A DNA stretch of 63,690 nt, counting the filler. It is 6 parts of 6 records of this genome, joined end to end, with 100 filler letters (N's around TTAATTAATTAA, not from the genome) between each part and the next. Parts side by side here need not be neighbours in the genome. Positions count along the whole stretch, not along the records: positions 1 to 13,074 come from SRR31156797_6149; positions 13,175 to 36,070 come from SRR31156797_6162; 4 more parts are not named here. One strand, written 5' to 3'. The first letter of the stretch is position 1. Each line of letters begins with the position of its first letter. Below, piece after piece: positions 10,991-19,748 of the stretch. The position numbers and the translations under genes are program-made. The notes below the pieces were generated by a model. It saw nothing but the letters and a program-made list of their open reading frames with translations. It made no database searches and had not been told where the DNA came from.

Positions 10991-11207
10991 CTAATAATAG
11001 ATCCATTTGAGTTGTTCCCTGGTCTCGGCATCTCGGATAATGGTGCTCCCCTGACCGATTGTTTTTTACCGCAACGACCGCTAGTTCATCGACTCCGTTG
11101 TTGTTCAGGTCGGCAACCGTGGTCAGTCCCATGGCCACCCGGTCCCCGTTGAGATAGTAGAAGCGGTTGAGCACCCACCTGCTTTCGCTATCTATGATTT
11201 TGACCAC
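10991..11207 (-). pseudogene. frameshifted remnant of an FG-GAP/VCBS-type repeat protein
   Basis: ADLNNNGVDELAV motif; repeat unit VKIIDSESRWVLNRFYY recurs as TIIRDAETREQLKWIYY* after a frameshift near 11047. Confidence 0.55.
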
Positions 11208-12144
11208 TGCTGAACCGGCAGGAGAAAGAAAAGAACTGAATTAAGAAAGAGCGGACGACGAAAAACGTTTTTCATAAAACGTCCTTTTTGTTTTGATGAT
11301 TAAATAAAAACAAGGTGTTTTTATGGAGTGCTAAGACAGTACGAGTAAGTTTTTGAGACCCGTTGCTTCCTGTCCTGCTTCATAGCAGAACTGGCCTTGT
11401 GGCAAAGTCGTTTTTAAATGATCATAAACAAACAATGCACAATTTCAAGGTCACAGGGTGGCACTAGTCCTTTGCCTTTAGTTTGTTGCTAACTTAGAGG
11501 GGTTGCAATCATGCAACTTGCTACTAAAGTGATTATGGTGAATTGAAAAATATTGTTCGCGACACTACTGCATCCCTACGGAGTGGATTGTTGTAATACC
11601 CATGGTATGCTGATTTCAGGCTCTCAAATGTCGCTGCTGTATACCGCGATCCGATTAGTAAGGGCAAGCGGACTCGACTCACTAGGGATTGCCTTTGAGC
11701 CGTATTTTTGATGACACTCGGGATTTAAGCTGCGTTAAAAACGGTTTGATCAAGTGAAGAGAAACACGATTTCCTGTCAAGATGCACCTTGCATATTGGC
11801 ATTCCGACGATTAGAAGAGGCTGGAGTTCCTTCTCGATGGGATGGCACTCTCCTGTAGCAGCGTGTTCGAGAGCGGCTGACAACCGTATCTGCGACTTGC
11901 CAATACTAATGAGGGGGGCTCTATGGTGAAGGTCCGTAAGCATTGGGCTAGAATATCATATCGAGGATTGCAATGACTTGTTTTGATTTGGTTTCAACTG
12001 TGGAAGCCCATCTGAATCGATATTCAGTCCCGATTTTGGTGATCAGGCTGTTTGCTTGGAATTATTTTGCGTTGTAATCGCTTCCAGCTTATCTGAAAAA
12101 TGACCCGGAGTTTTAAAAGCTCGATGTACCGTTGGAACTTAATA

Positions 12145-12522
12145 ATGAAAAATGTCTCTGAACCCTTTGTACGAGGCTTATTGAAGATCGGTGCATGTGT
12201 CTGCATTGCCCTCGGAGTCATAGGAGCCTTTCTCCCAATCCTGCCAACAACTCCTTTTTTGATTCTGGCAACGGTATTGAGCTATAACTCTTCTCCAAAG
12301 ATTAGACAGTGGTTGCTTGACCATCCTGTGTTTGGCGGCACAATTCAGGATTATATTGAGAATCGATCAATAACTCTTTCCGCACTACGCAGTGCCCTTG
12401 TTACGCTCTGGTTAGGCCTTTTAGTTAGCATCTGGCTCGTTAGTAATATTTGGGTAGCTGCAATATTGCTGGTTATAGGCGGCCTGGTGACTCTTTATCT
12501 ACTAAGCTTGCAGCGAAAATAA
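12145..12522 (+). CDS. ybaN: YbaN/DUF454 family membrane protein
   Basis: LGVIGAFLPILPTTPFLILA..SSP..WLL.HP.FG signature. Confidence 0.88.
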   Translation: MKNVSEPFVRGLLKIGACVCIALGVIGAFLPILPTTPFLILATVLSYNSSPKIRQWLLDHPVFGGTIQDYIENRSITLSALRSALVTLWLGLLVSIWLVSNIWVAAILLVIGGLVTLYLLSLQRK

Positions 12523-12759
12523 GAAAAACAGAGAGAGGTAAGACTCAGATGCCGGCTGTCATGGGGGCATTTCAGTTAGGTGGGAGTTTTTCTCCACGTC
12601 TGATATTTCTCCAGAACATTGAAGCGTTTGTTTGGAAAAATGTCCGATGGCAAGTTAAAAGGGGGCAGGTAGGCATCAACTAGAGGGCCTGAGGCTTATA
12701 GTAGAACCCCGGACTTCCTCAAAAGATGGGTCGGATGGCATGAGTACAACGATCTAAAA

Positions 12760-12864
12760 CTATTGAAATATTGGTCCTCGTAAAACATACTGGGTCACCG
12801 CCAGCATTCCCAAGATTCCAACTACCACAATTGCAACTGCCAATAATTTACGCCACAGCTCCAC
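12760..12864 (-). CDS. 34-aa single-TM small protein (below the ORF-track cutoff)
   Basis: GTG start after AAGGGA; MELWRKLLAVAIVVVGILGMLAVTQYVLRGPIFQ*. Confidence 0.5.
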   Translation of the reverse strand: MELWRKLLAVAIVVVGILGMLAVTQYVLRGPIFQ

Positions 12865-13074
12865 TGTATTATCCCTTTTTATGTGTGAAATCTAAATGTT
12901 ATCTTAGCACTCAATCGATATGTTATGATGAATTCTATTAAACTAATAGTATATAATAACGTTGCTGTTAAGTGGGAATCAAAGAAAAACTAAAAACCAA
13001 ATCCCTTCACTTTCATTTTATTTTTCTTCACCACTTTAGGCTTTGAAGCGATTTCGTGTATATCGAGTCGTTTG

Positions 13075-13174
13075 NNNNNNNNNNNNNNNNNNNNNNNNNN
13101 NNNNNNNNNNNNNNNNNNTTAATTAATTAANNNNNNNNNNNNNNNNNNNNNNNNNNNNNNNNNNNNNNNNNNNN
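13075..13174. other. artificial contig spacer
   Basis: N44-TTAATTAATTAA-N44. Confidence 0.99.
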
Positions 13175-13181
13175 CTTGTAC

Positions 13182-13197
13182 TGCAATATCAATGCCA
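13182..13197 (-). promoter_or_regulatory. sigma54 -24/-12 promoter pointing off the contig
   Basis: TGGCATTGATATTGCA on the minus strand, GG-N10-GC. Confidence 0.55.
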
Positions 13198-13363
13198 GAA
13201 TGCTTTCTATGCAACCATGCCAGATTAAGACTAATTATAAGTTATTTATGGAATTGTAATATTTAGTACAATTGCTTTTTGAGTTAAAAAACAAGAATAG
13301 TGGCTACTTTTTAAGCAAGACGATGGTTAAATATGGGGCACAAGAGAGTGCCCCGAAAATATA

Positions 13364-14026
13364 TCAGATCATTGAGAGAAGCTTTTTGCAGGTCTTTTCG
13401 ATCCCTTCAGCTACCTCTACTATATTTTGACCGAGCATGTATGCCGGTGTGGTAATGATTTTATTCTCTTTATCAACTACAAACTCTTTCACAGGGCAAT
13501 TAACGTGTTCGGATCCCATAGAGTCGATTGCGCCAGCTGCGCCTTCGTCGTTACCTATGGTTATAGAGCTTTTAACACCAGTATCTTCCAGCGCTTTCGC
13601 CACCACAACAGGTGCGATGCATATAGCCGCCAGAGGTTTTTTAGCATCCAAAGTCTCACGTACAAGCCTTAGAACTTCTGCATTAATATCACAATCTGCA
13701 CCGTCCACAGCGAACGTAGTGAGGTTTTTAGCAGCTCCAAAACCGCCCGGCAGAAATAGTGCATCAAAATCGGTTGCTTTGATTTCAGCTATATCTTTGA
13801 TGTCGCCCCTTGCGATACGTGCTGATTCAGTGAGGACATTTCTCGTCTCACCCTCCGCAGGTTCACCTTTCAGGTGATCGACAACATGCATCTGATCTAC
13901 GTCAGGAGCCATAATGAGCACTTCTGCGCCAGCTTTCTGCAGGAAATATAATGAAAGGACAGCCTCGTGGATTTCCGCACCATCGAAAACTCCACAGCCG
14001 CTTAAGATTACGCCTATCTTCGCCAT
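13364..14026 (-). CDS. elbB: glyoxalase ElbB (DJ-1/ES1 family)
   Basis: ILSGCGVFDGAEIHE, PGGFGAAKNL, ICIAP, TTPAYM. Confidence 0.93.
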   Translation of the reverse strand: MAKIGVILSGCGVFDGAEIHEAVLSLYFLQKAGAEVLIMAPDVDQMHVVDHLKGEPAEGETRNVLTESARIARGDIKDIAEIKATDFDALFLPGGFGAAKNLTTFAVDGADCDINAEVLRLVRETLDAKKPLAAICIAPVVVAKALEDTGVKSSITIGNDEGAAGAIDSMGSEHVNCPVKEFVVDKENKIITTPAYMLGQNIVEVAEGIEKTCKKLLSMI

Positions 14027-14082
14027 AAAGTACCTCCATAATTTTGTTGATACCTAGAGTTTATCAGCAGAAAGTTAGACTA

Positions 14083-15240
14083 TCAATTCGGATTGGAAAA
14101 ACAGGTTCCGGAGAGGTCTTCGACCTTATTGACAGGGACTACAACACGGCTGACACATATATGTTTAGCCAGTAAATCACATAAAGATTCTATATGTTCG
14201 CCGCCTAATTTCCTAGAGTTGGAAAAGGATATACGCTGAACTTTCATAAGTATGCGGGTGGTAGGTTTGACTTTTTCTTTAAGATTATCAGCTATCTGCT
14301 CTACCATCTTAAGTGCGTCATCCCTGTGAAGCTGAAGCTCCTGTGCTATCTGATCGTGATAGCCCATAACAGCGAGATAATCAAAACCGAAAGCGAGCAT
14401 AGAATCGATACTTTGTGCGTACCAGCTCATACCTTTACGTTCCTCAAGAGGGGTTTCGTAATAAACATTACCAGCAAAAACAAGATCGGGATTAATCTTA
14501 AGTGATTCTATTTTAAGTGACTGATAAAATTCCATCATTTTACCATTCTTCCACTGTGTCCAGGGGATAAAAGTTTCAGGACATCCGCCCGGCACTTTTG
14601 TAATGCCGTTACCGCCTGTACAGCCTAAAAGCTTCTCTCTTGTAAGCTTAATACCTGTATCCTGCTCGTAAGCTTTAAGCGCATAACCGGAAGCTCCCTC
14701 ACGATACCTAAGGATGAAATCATCCTGAAATAGTATACCGTCTATGTCGTATTTTGCGAGATCACGAAATAGCTGACGTACTGTTTCAGAAGCCTTTTCG
14801 TTAAAGATAGACATACCGTAGCCATCCCTTACGCCACTTTTACCGAAAGATTTTTCCATAAATTCCGGAGTTTTAAGGAACGAAAGTGATCGTGTTGCCA
14901 TCCATGCGAAAATCTTCATATCATGCTTACGTGCAGACGATACAGCCTCAGCCAGAACATCTCTCACAACACACGCTTTATCGGTCTGGAAATATACACC
15001 AGTCTTACACTCTTCTCTCTTATCGAGGTAGTGGAATCTATCGACACTATTATGGAACACACGTACAAAAACTGTGTCCACACCGTGCTCTTTCAAGCCG
15101 TCGAAAAGTTTATCGATATTACCGTCATACTTCTTGTCGAGCACAAAGACCTGAACACCGTTAAGTGCCGGATAATCTTGCGCAAAAGAAGACCCCGCTA
15201 AAATAAGCAGGGTCGTAAGGATTATAAATTTTCTGATCAT
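14083..15240 (-). CDS. secreted PgaB C-terminal-like (GH153-type) glycoside hydrolase
   Basis: Signal peptide; KIFAWM, DGILFQDD, WTQWK, WYAQS, DYLAVMGY match the PgaB C-terminal domain; no deacetylase domain. Confidence 0.7.
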   Translation of the reverse strand: MIRKFIILTTLLILAGSSFAQDYPALNGVQVFVLDKKYDGNIDKLFDGLKEHGVDTVFVRVFHNSVDRFHYLDKREECKTGVYFQTDKACVVRDVLAEAVSSARKHDMKIFAWMATRSLSFLKTPEFMEKSFGKSGVRDGYGMSIFNEKASETVRQLFRDLAKYDIDGILFQDDFILRYREGASGYALKAYEQDTGIKLTREKLLGCTGGNGITKVPGGCPETFIPWTQWKNGKMMEFYQSLKIESLKINPDLVFAGNVYYETPLEERKGMSWYAQSIDSMLAFGFDYLAVMGYHDQIAQELQLHRDDALKMVEQIADNLKEKVKPTTRILMKVQRISFSNSRKLGGEHIESLCDLLAKHICVSRVVVPVNKVEDLSGTCFSNPN

Positions 15241-16029
15241 TTATTTTTTCATTGGGTAAGGTTTATGGCTGGTTTTTGCAGCTATAGCAGCACCCTTTGC
15301 TCTCGCCTCTGCGTAGCTTATACCGTTATAACAGCGCACTCTGAACCATATCCCTTTCTCGCCTAAATCCGCTTTTGTAATGAACACATCTATCGCAACA
15401 CGTTTAAGTCTGGCAACTTCTTTTTCTGCGTATGATCTGTTTTTGAATGAAGCTACCTGAACAACGTAAGGACCTGTTGTCACCTTTTTAGAAAGCACTC
15501 CAAGCCCAGTATCAGCCGCCTTTTTAGCCACAGGCTTTGGAGCCGGTTTCTTCACTGCTGGTTTCTTCTTAGGAGTTTCCTTCTTTATCGCAGGCTTTAT
15601 ATTTACCGGAGGGAGAGGTGCAGGCTTTGCATCATCCATCTTAGCCATAGGGATAGGTTTCGCCGCAGGGATTTTCATCTCTTCGACTTTCATATCTTCC
15701 GGTTTCTTCTTATCTATATTACCTTTCTCGTCCATGACATACTCAGTAGCCTCACCGTCTTTCGGGTCGGTCATCTTTTCAGCCGGAACGATATCTTCTA
15801 AGTTTTTATCTTTACTGCCGGAAAGGTCGATCTTATCCGCGAAGAACGCAACGCCCGTAACTATTACAGTAAACACAATAAAGAATACTATGAAAAGAAT
15901 GATAGTATTACCGAATCCTTTGCTCACCTTCGGTGGTTTCTTATCCTTTACCGATGGTTTCGGTTCGTCTTTCAGTTCACCAACTTGCTCTTTAGGGCCG
16001 TTTTCGTTGTTCTTCTTTTTTCCAAACAC
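15241..16029 (-). CDS. SPOR-domain membrane protein (FtsN/DedD-like)
   Basis: One TM, Pro/Lys linker, YVVQVASF...WFRVR SPOR domain; follows argS. Confidence 0.85.
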   Translation of the reverse strand: MFGKKKNNENGPKEQVGELKDEPKPSVKDKKPPKVSKGFGNTIILFIVFFIVFTVIVTGVAFFADKIDLSGSKDKNLEDIVPAEKMTDPKDGEATEYVMDEKGNIDKKKPEDMKVEEMKIPAAKPIPMAKMDDAKPAPLPPVNIKPAIKKETPKKKPAVKKPAPKPVAKKAADTGLGVLSKKVTTGPYVVQVASFKNRSYAEKEVARLKRVAIDVFITKADLGEKGIWFRVRCYNGISYAEARAKGAAIAAKTSHKPYPMKK

Positions 16030-16032
16030 TTA

Positions 16033-17682
16033 TCACATCCTGTCAGGTGCGCTGACCCCTAAGAGAGCCAGTCCGTTTCTGATGGTATTACCTACCGCCT
16101 TTGCCAGAGTGAGTCTGGCGGAGGTGAGGTCTTTGTCTTCGCCGTTAAGCATCTTATTATTGAAGTAGTAGCTGTGGAACTGTGAAGCCAGCTCTTGCAG
16201 ATAGTAACCTATCCTGTGAGGCTGTCTGTTTCTCGCTGCCTGCTCCAATACATTTATATAATCGTAAATCTTCTTGATTATCTCAAGCTCTTCTTTCGAA
16301 TTTAATTTATCAAGCCCGGTAAAAAGCTCATAAGCTATCCCATCATCGTCTGCTTTACACAGAACAGACTGCACACGTGCGTGCCCATACTGGATGTAGT
16401 AAACAGGGTTATCCGACTCACGCTTCTTAGCCAAGGCTATGTCGAAGTCGAACTGCGCCTCGTAATCACGCATAGTATAAAAGTATCTGGCAGCATCAGA
16501 GCCTACATCCTGCACAAGCTCATCAAGCTCGATAAAGGTTCCGCCCCTTGTAGACATTGAGACACGCTCGCCACCATTCACTAAGTTTACCATCTGAATG
16601 AGGCTTACCGCAAACTCTCTATCCTCATAACCTATCGCTTCGATAGCGGAGCTGAGTCTTTTTACATATCCGTGGTGGTCTGCACCCCATACATCTATAG
16701 AAGTCATTATGCCACGGTCGAATTTATTTTTATGGTATGCGATGTCGGAAGCGAAATAAGTGTAGTCGCCGTTACTGCGCTTCACAACTCTATCTTTATC
16801 ATCGCCAAATTCAGTAGATTTAAACCAGAGTGCACCTTCGCTTTCATAAACAAAGCCACGCTCTTTCAGGTAATCAAGGCTGGCAGGTACATCGCCGTTA
16901 TCGTAAAGGGACTTCTCACTGAAATACTTCTCTATATCCACTTTAAAGTTCTTAAGGGTGTTAGCGATATTATCAGTAATATCTTTAAGCCCTCTTTTAA
17001 AGCAGATGTCTGTACCCTCTTTCTCAGGCATCTCAGCTATCTTATCGCCATTTTCAGCGTGAAGCTCTTTAGCGATATCAATAATATACTGACCTTTATA
17101 GCCGTCCTCCGGAAATTCCATCTCTCTGCCGACAAGTTCCATATACCTTACATATATAGACTTACCTAGATTATTCATCTGATTACCGGCATCGTTAACG
17201 TAATACTCTGTATCTACATCAAATCCGGCGGCAGTTAATATCTTTGCGAGAGAATCACCATAGGCAGCGTTACGCCCGTGACCGACGTGAAGCGGTCCTG
17301 TAGGGTTAGCAGATACAAACTCCACCATAACCTTTCTATTGTTACCAAAGTCACTTTTAAAGAACGCATCGTCTTTAGCAGCTCTTGTCACTATGTCGTG
17401 ATAGAAACCGTTATCTATTTTGAAATTGATGAAGCCCGGCATAACAGCGCCTGCGGACTTGATCATAGGATGTGTCATCTTAGCCGCAAGCTTCTCAGCT
17501 ATCTCGATCGGCTTGGTGCGGAAGATTTTCGCAGACTTCATAGCTGCGTTACTGGCGAAATCGCCGTGGTCTGGATTGTTAGGTGTTTCGATTGTATATT
17601 CAGGAACGGAACCCTCGAGCCCGCCCTCTTTGATCATCTCCTCAAGTGCTTTGTCTATCAGAGATTGAAGAATCTGCTTCAA
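16033..17682 (-). CDS. argS: arginine--tRNA ligase
   Basis: VEFVSANPTGPLHVGHGR, WGADHHGY, MSTR, NPVYYIQY, GVSAPDRM; TTG start behind GGAGG. Confidence 0.98.
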   Translation of the reverse strand: MKQILQSLIDKALEEMIKEGGLEGSVPEYTIETPNNPDHGDFASNAAMKSAKIFRTKPIEIAEKLAAKMTHPMIKSAGAVMPGFINFKIDNGFYHDIVTRAAKDDAFFKSDFGNNRKVMVEFVSANPTGPLHVGHGRNAAYGDSLAKILTAAGFDVDTEYYVNDAGNQMNNLGKSIYVRYMELVGREMEFPEDGYKGQYIIDIAKELHAENGDKIAEMPEKEGTDICFKRGLKDITDNIANTLKNFKVDIEKYFSEKSLYDNGDVPASLDYLKERGFVYESEGALWFKSTEFGDDKDRVVKRSNGDYTYFASDIAYHKNKFDRGIMTSIDVWGADHHGYVKRLSSAIEAIGYEDREFAVSLIQMVNLVNGGERVSMSTRGGTFIELDELVQDVGSDAARYFYTMRDYEAQFDFDIALAKKRESDNPVYYIQYGHARVQSVLCKADDDGIAYELFTGLDKLNSKEELEIIKKIYDYINVLEQAARNRQPHRIGYYLQELASQFHSYYFNNKMLNGEDKDLTSARLTLAKAVGNTIRNGLALLGVSAPDRM

Positions 17683-17776
17683 ATTGAGCCTCCACAATAA
17701 TGTATCGCTCGAATTTTATCAGCTATCGCAATGTAATTCAACCACACGTTTTAGAAATTTTAATAGAATGTTAAGC

Positions 17777-18406
17777 TTAGCTTACGAGATCGACTATGAG
17801 CCCTGTAAGCTCGTCGAATGTTTTCACAGTGGCATAGTTTGCTGCCATAGCGTTTTCAGCAGCGATCATATCAACAACTTCCCTCGCATAATCGACATCA
17901 GAAACCTCTACCAAGCCGGACTTTAATATGTACTGCTCCTCCGGTATCTTGTTTCCATAGCTGTCGTATATGTCTATCTTACCCCGGTATTCATTGTTTA
18001 CAGTAAACTCGCCCTGCTCAGAAACTTCGTAATCATCGATGTTTTCATCAGGTCTGACAACATCCTCAAGAAGCATACGACCTTTGGAATCGACAATATT
18101 CCCCTCACCATCGAGATAAAATTTTCCGTTTCTGGTGAAATAGTCGCTCTCGCCAGCATCAAGCTTAAACTGACCCTCGCCCTCAATAACGAAATCGAGA
18201 GTACGCCCTGATTGAATAGTGTAAGAAAGTGACTGATTCTGCCTGATAGCGGCTACATTAACGCCACCCTGTTTCAGGTCAGAAAGCTGTAAGCTATTGC
18301 TTTTAAAGTAAGGTGTGTCTATATTGGCAATGTTATGGGCAGAACTTATGACAGCATTCTTATATGTGTTGATCGCATTTATGTTTCCGTATATAGACTG
18401 CATCAT
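17777..18406 (-). CDS. flagellar basal-body rod/hook family protein (FlgG/FlgE-like)
   Basis: AHNIANIDTP, LDFVIEGEG, TRNGKF, EVSDVD C-terminal motif. Confidence 0.8.
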   Translation of the reverse strand: MMQSIYGNINAINTYKNAVISSAHNIANIDTPYFKSNSLQLSDLKQGGVNVAAIRQNQSLSYTIQSGRTLDFVIEGEGQFKLDAGESDYFTRNGKFYLDGEGNIVDSKGRMLLEDVVRPDENIDDYEVSEQGEFTVNNEYRGKIDIYDSYGNKIPEEQYILKSGLVEVSDVDYAREVVDMIAAENAMAANYATVKTFDELTGLIVDLVS

Positions 18407-18454
18407 AACTTCATCTCCATGGTATAATATAAGTGAAAAAGAGGAAGGAATTCA

Positions 18455-18874
18455 ATGACAAATATTTCAGATGAGCAACTTAAAGAACTTTTACAAAACG
18501 CTAAAACCGTCGCAGTTGTCGGCGCATCAAATAAACCTGAGAGAGCGAGCAACGGAATCATGAAATACCTTATAAGCAAAGGTTATGAGTGCACACCTGT
18601 AACGCCTATCGAAAAAGAAGTTTTAGGTGTTGAAACAATCGACGATATCGAGAGCCTGCCTTTCGAGCCTGATATAGTTGACGTCTTCCGTCAGGGCGCA
18701 TTCGCTCCTGAGATAGTGAGGGCTGCGATAGGCAGAAATGCTAAGCTCATCTGGCTTCAGGAAGGTGTGGAATCTAAAGAGGCTATGCAGATGGCAAAGA
18801 TATCCGGCGTACCTTACGTTGAAAATAAATGTATCTATAAAGAGTTTCTGAGGCTAGGTCTCAACGGAGAGTAA
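18455..18874 (+). CDS. CoA-binding protein (YccU-like)
   Basis: VAVVGASNKPERAS, DIVDVFR, IWLQEG, NKC. Confidence 0.9.
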   Translation: MTNISDEQLKELLQNAKTVAVVGASNKPERASNGIMKYLISKGYECTPVTPIEKEVLGVETIDDIESLPFEPDIVDVFRQGAFAPEIVRAAIGRNAKLIWLQEGVESKEAMQMAKISGVPYVENKCIYKEFLRLGLNGE

Positions 18875-18877
18875 ATA

Positions 18878-19741
18878 TTGCGTAAAGCTCTACTGCTTAT
18901 AATATTATTTTCTATCTTCACAACTGCCGGAGCGGACACCCTTAAGATTGGAAAGTCCTGCTCAGAATCTCACAGTCGGCTTAAAAATCTGCACCTTATT
19001 GGCGAGATTATTTCTGCTGAATTTGAAAATGATAAATATAGTGATTTTGAAATTTCGGCAGTTACATATAAAAGCCTCGAAGACCTTACCAAACAGGTGA
19101 CTCAAGGCAGTTTTGATCTGTATATAGATACTCTGCATAATGTCGTTCACCTCTCTGAGCATACTGATATGGAGCCTGTTCTACTCGTCAGCAGGCTAGG
19201 GTCAGTTTATATGAAATCTTATATAATCGTCCGCAAAGACTCAGGGATACATACGCTGAAAGACCTGGAGAGGAAAGTTGTGGCTATCGAACAGAAATAT
19301 GACACAAGCTCTTTCCACCTCCCGAAAAAAGCTTTTTCTGACATAGGTCTACAATTCATAGAGGTTAATGAACCATCTGCCAGTGTACCAGATGGGAGTG
19401 TTGGCTTTTACGTTACAAAAAATAAAAATCAGGTCGTAAACAGTGCATACATCAAAAAGACAGATGCATCAGCGGTCTGTTCAAAACTTTGGGAAGCGGA
19501 AGATATCGTGCCTGATTTTATAAAGGAAAATCTCAAAATTATCCACGAAACAAACAGCATACCCGGCATGTATCTTATGATGAACAAGAACATACCGGAG
19601 AAAAACAAAAATAAGATTATCAAACTGCTTCTCGGGTTAGAGGCTGACCGTACCTATCAGAGCAGATCTTCTGAGTGCTCGGTAGATGATTTTCATACTT
19701 TAGGCTTTGACATTAAAAGCCTGCTATATGATACAAAATAG
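18878..19741 (+). CDS. PhnD-like periplasmic substrate-binding protein
   Basis: Signal peptide, SYIIVRKDSGIHTLKDL, DTSSFHLP. Confidence 0.75.
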   Translation: MRKALLLIILFSIFTTAGADTLKIGKSCSESHSRLKNLHLIGEIISAEFENDKYSDFEISAVTYKSLEDLTKQVTQGSFDLYIDTLHNVVHLSEHTDMEPVLLVSRLGSVYMKSYIIVRKDSGIHTLKDLERKVVAIEQKYDTSSFHLPKKAFSDIGLQFIEVNEPSASVPDGSVGFYVTKNKNQVVNSAYIKKTDASAVCSKLWEAEDIVPDFIKENLKIIHETNSIPGMYLMMNKNIPEKNKNKIIKLLLGLEADRTYQSRSSECSVDDFHTLGFDIKSLLYDTK

Positions 19742-19748
19742 ATGCCGG

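Noticed and set aside
11725-11943. Short ORF or possible PilZ-like remnant on the opposite strand
   Set aside because: Only a weak RxxR-like match with several stops.
17777-18406. Orphan flagellar rod-like gene as a novelty
   Set aside because: Dispersed rod/hook paralogues are common in flagellated bacteria.
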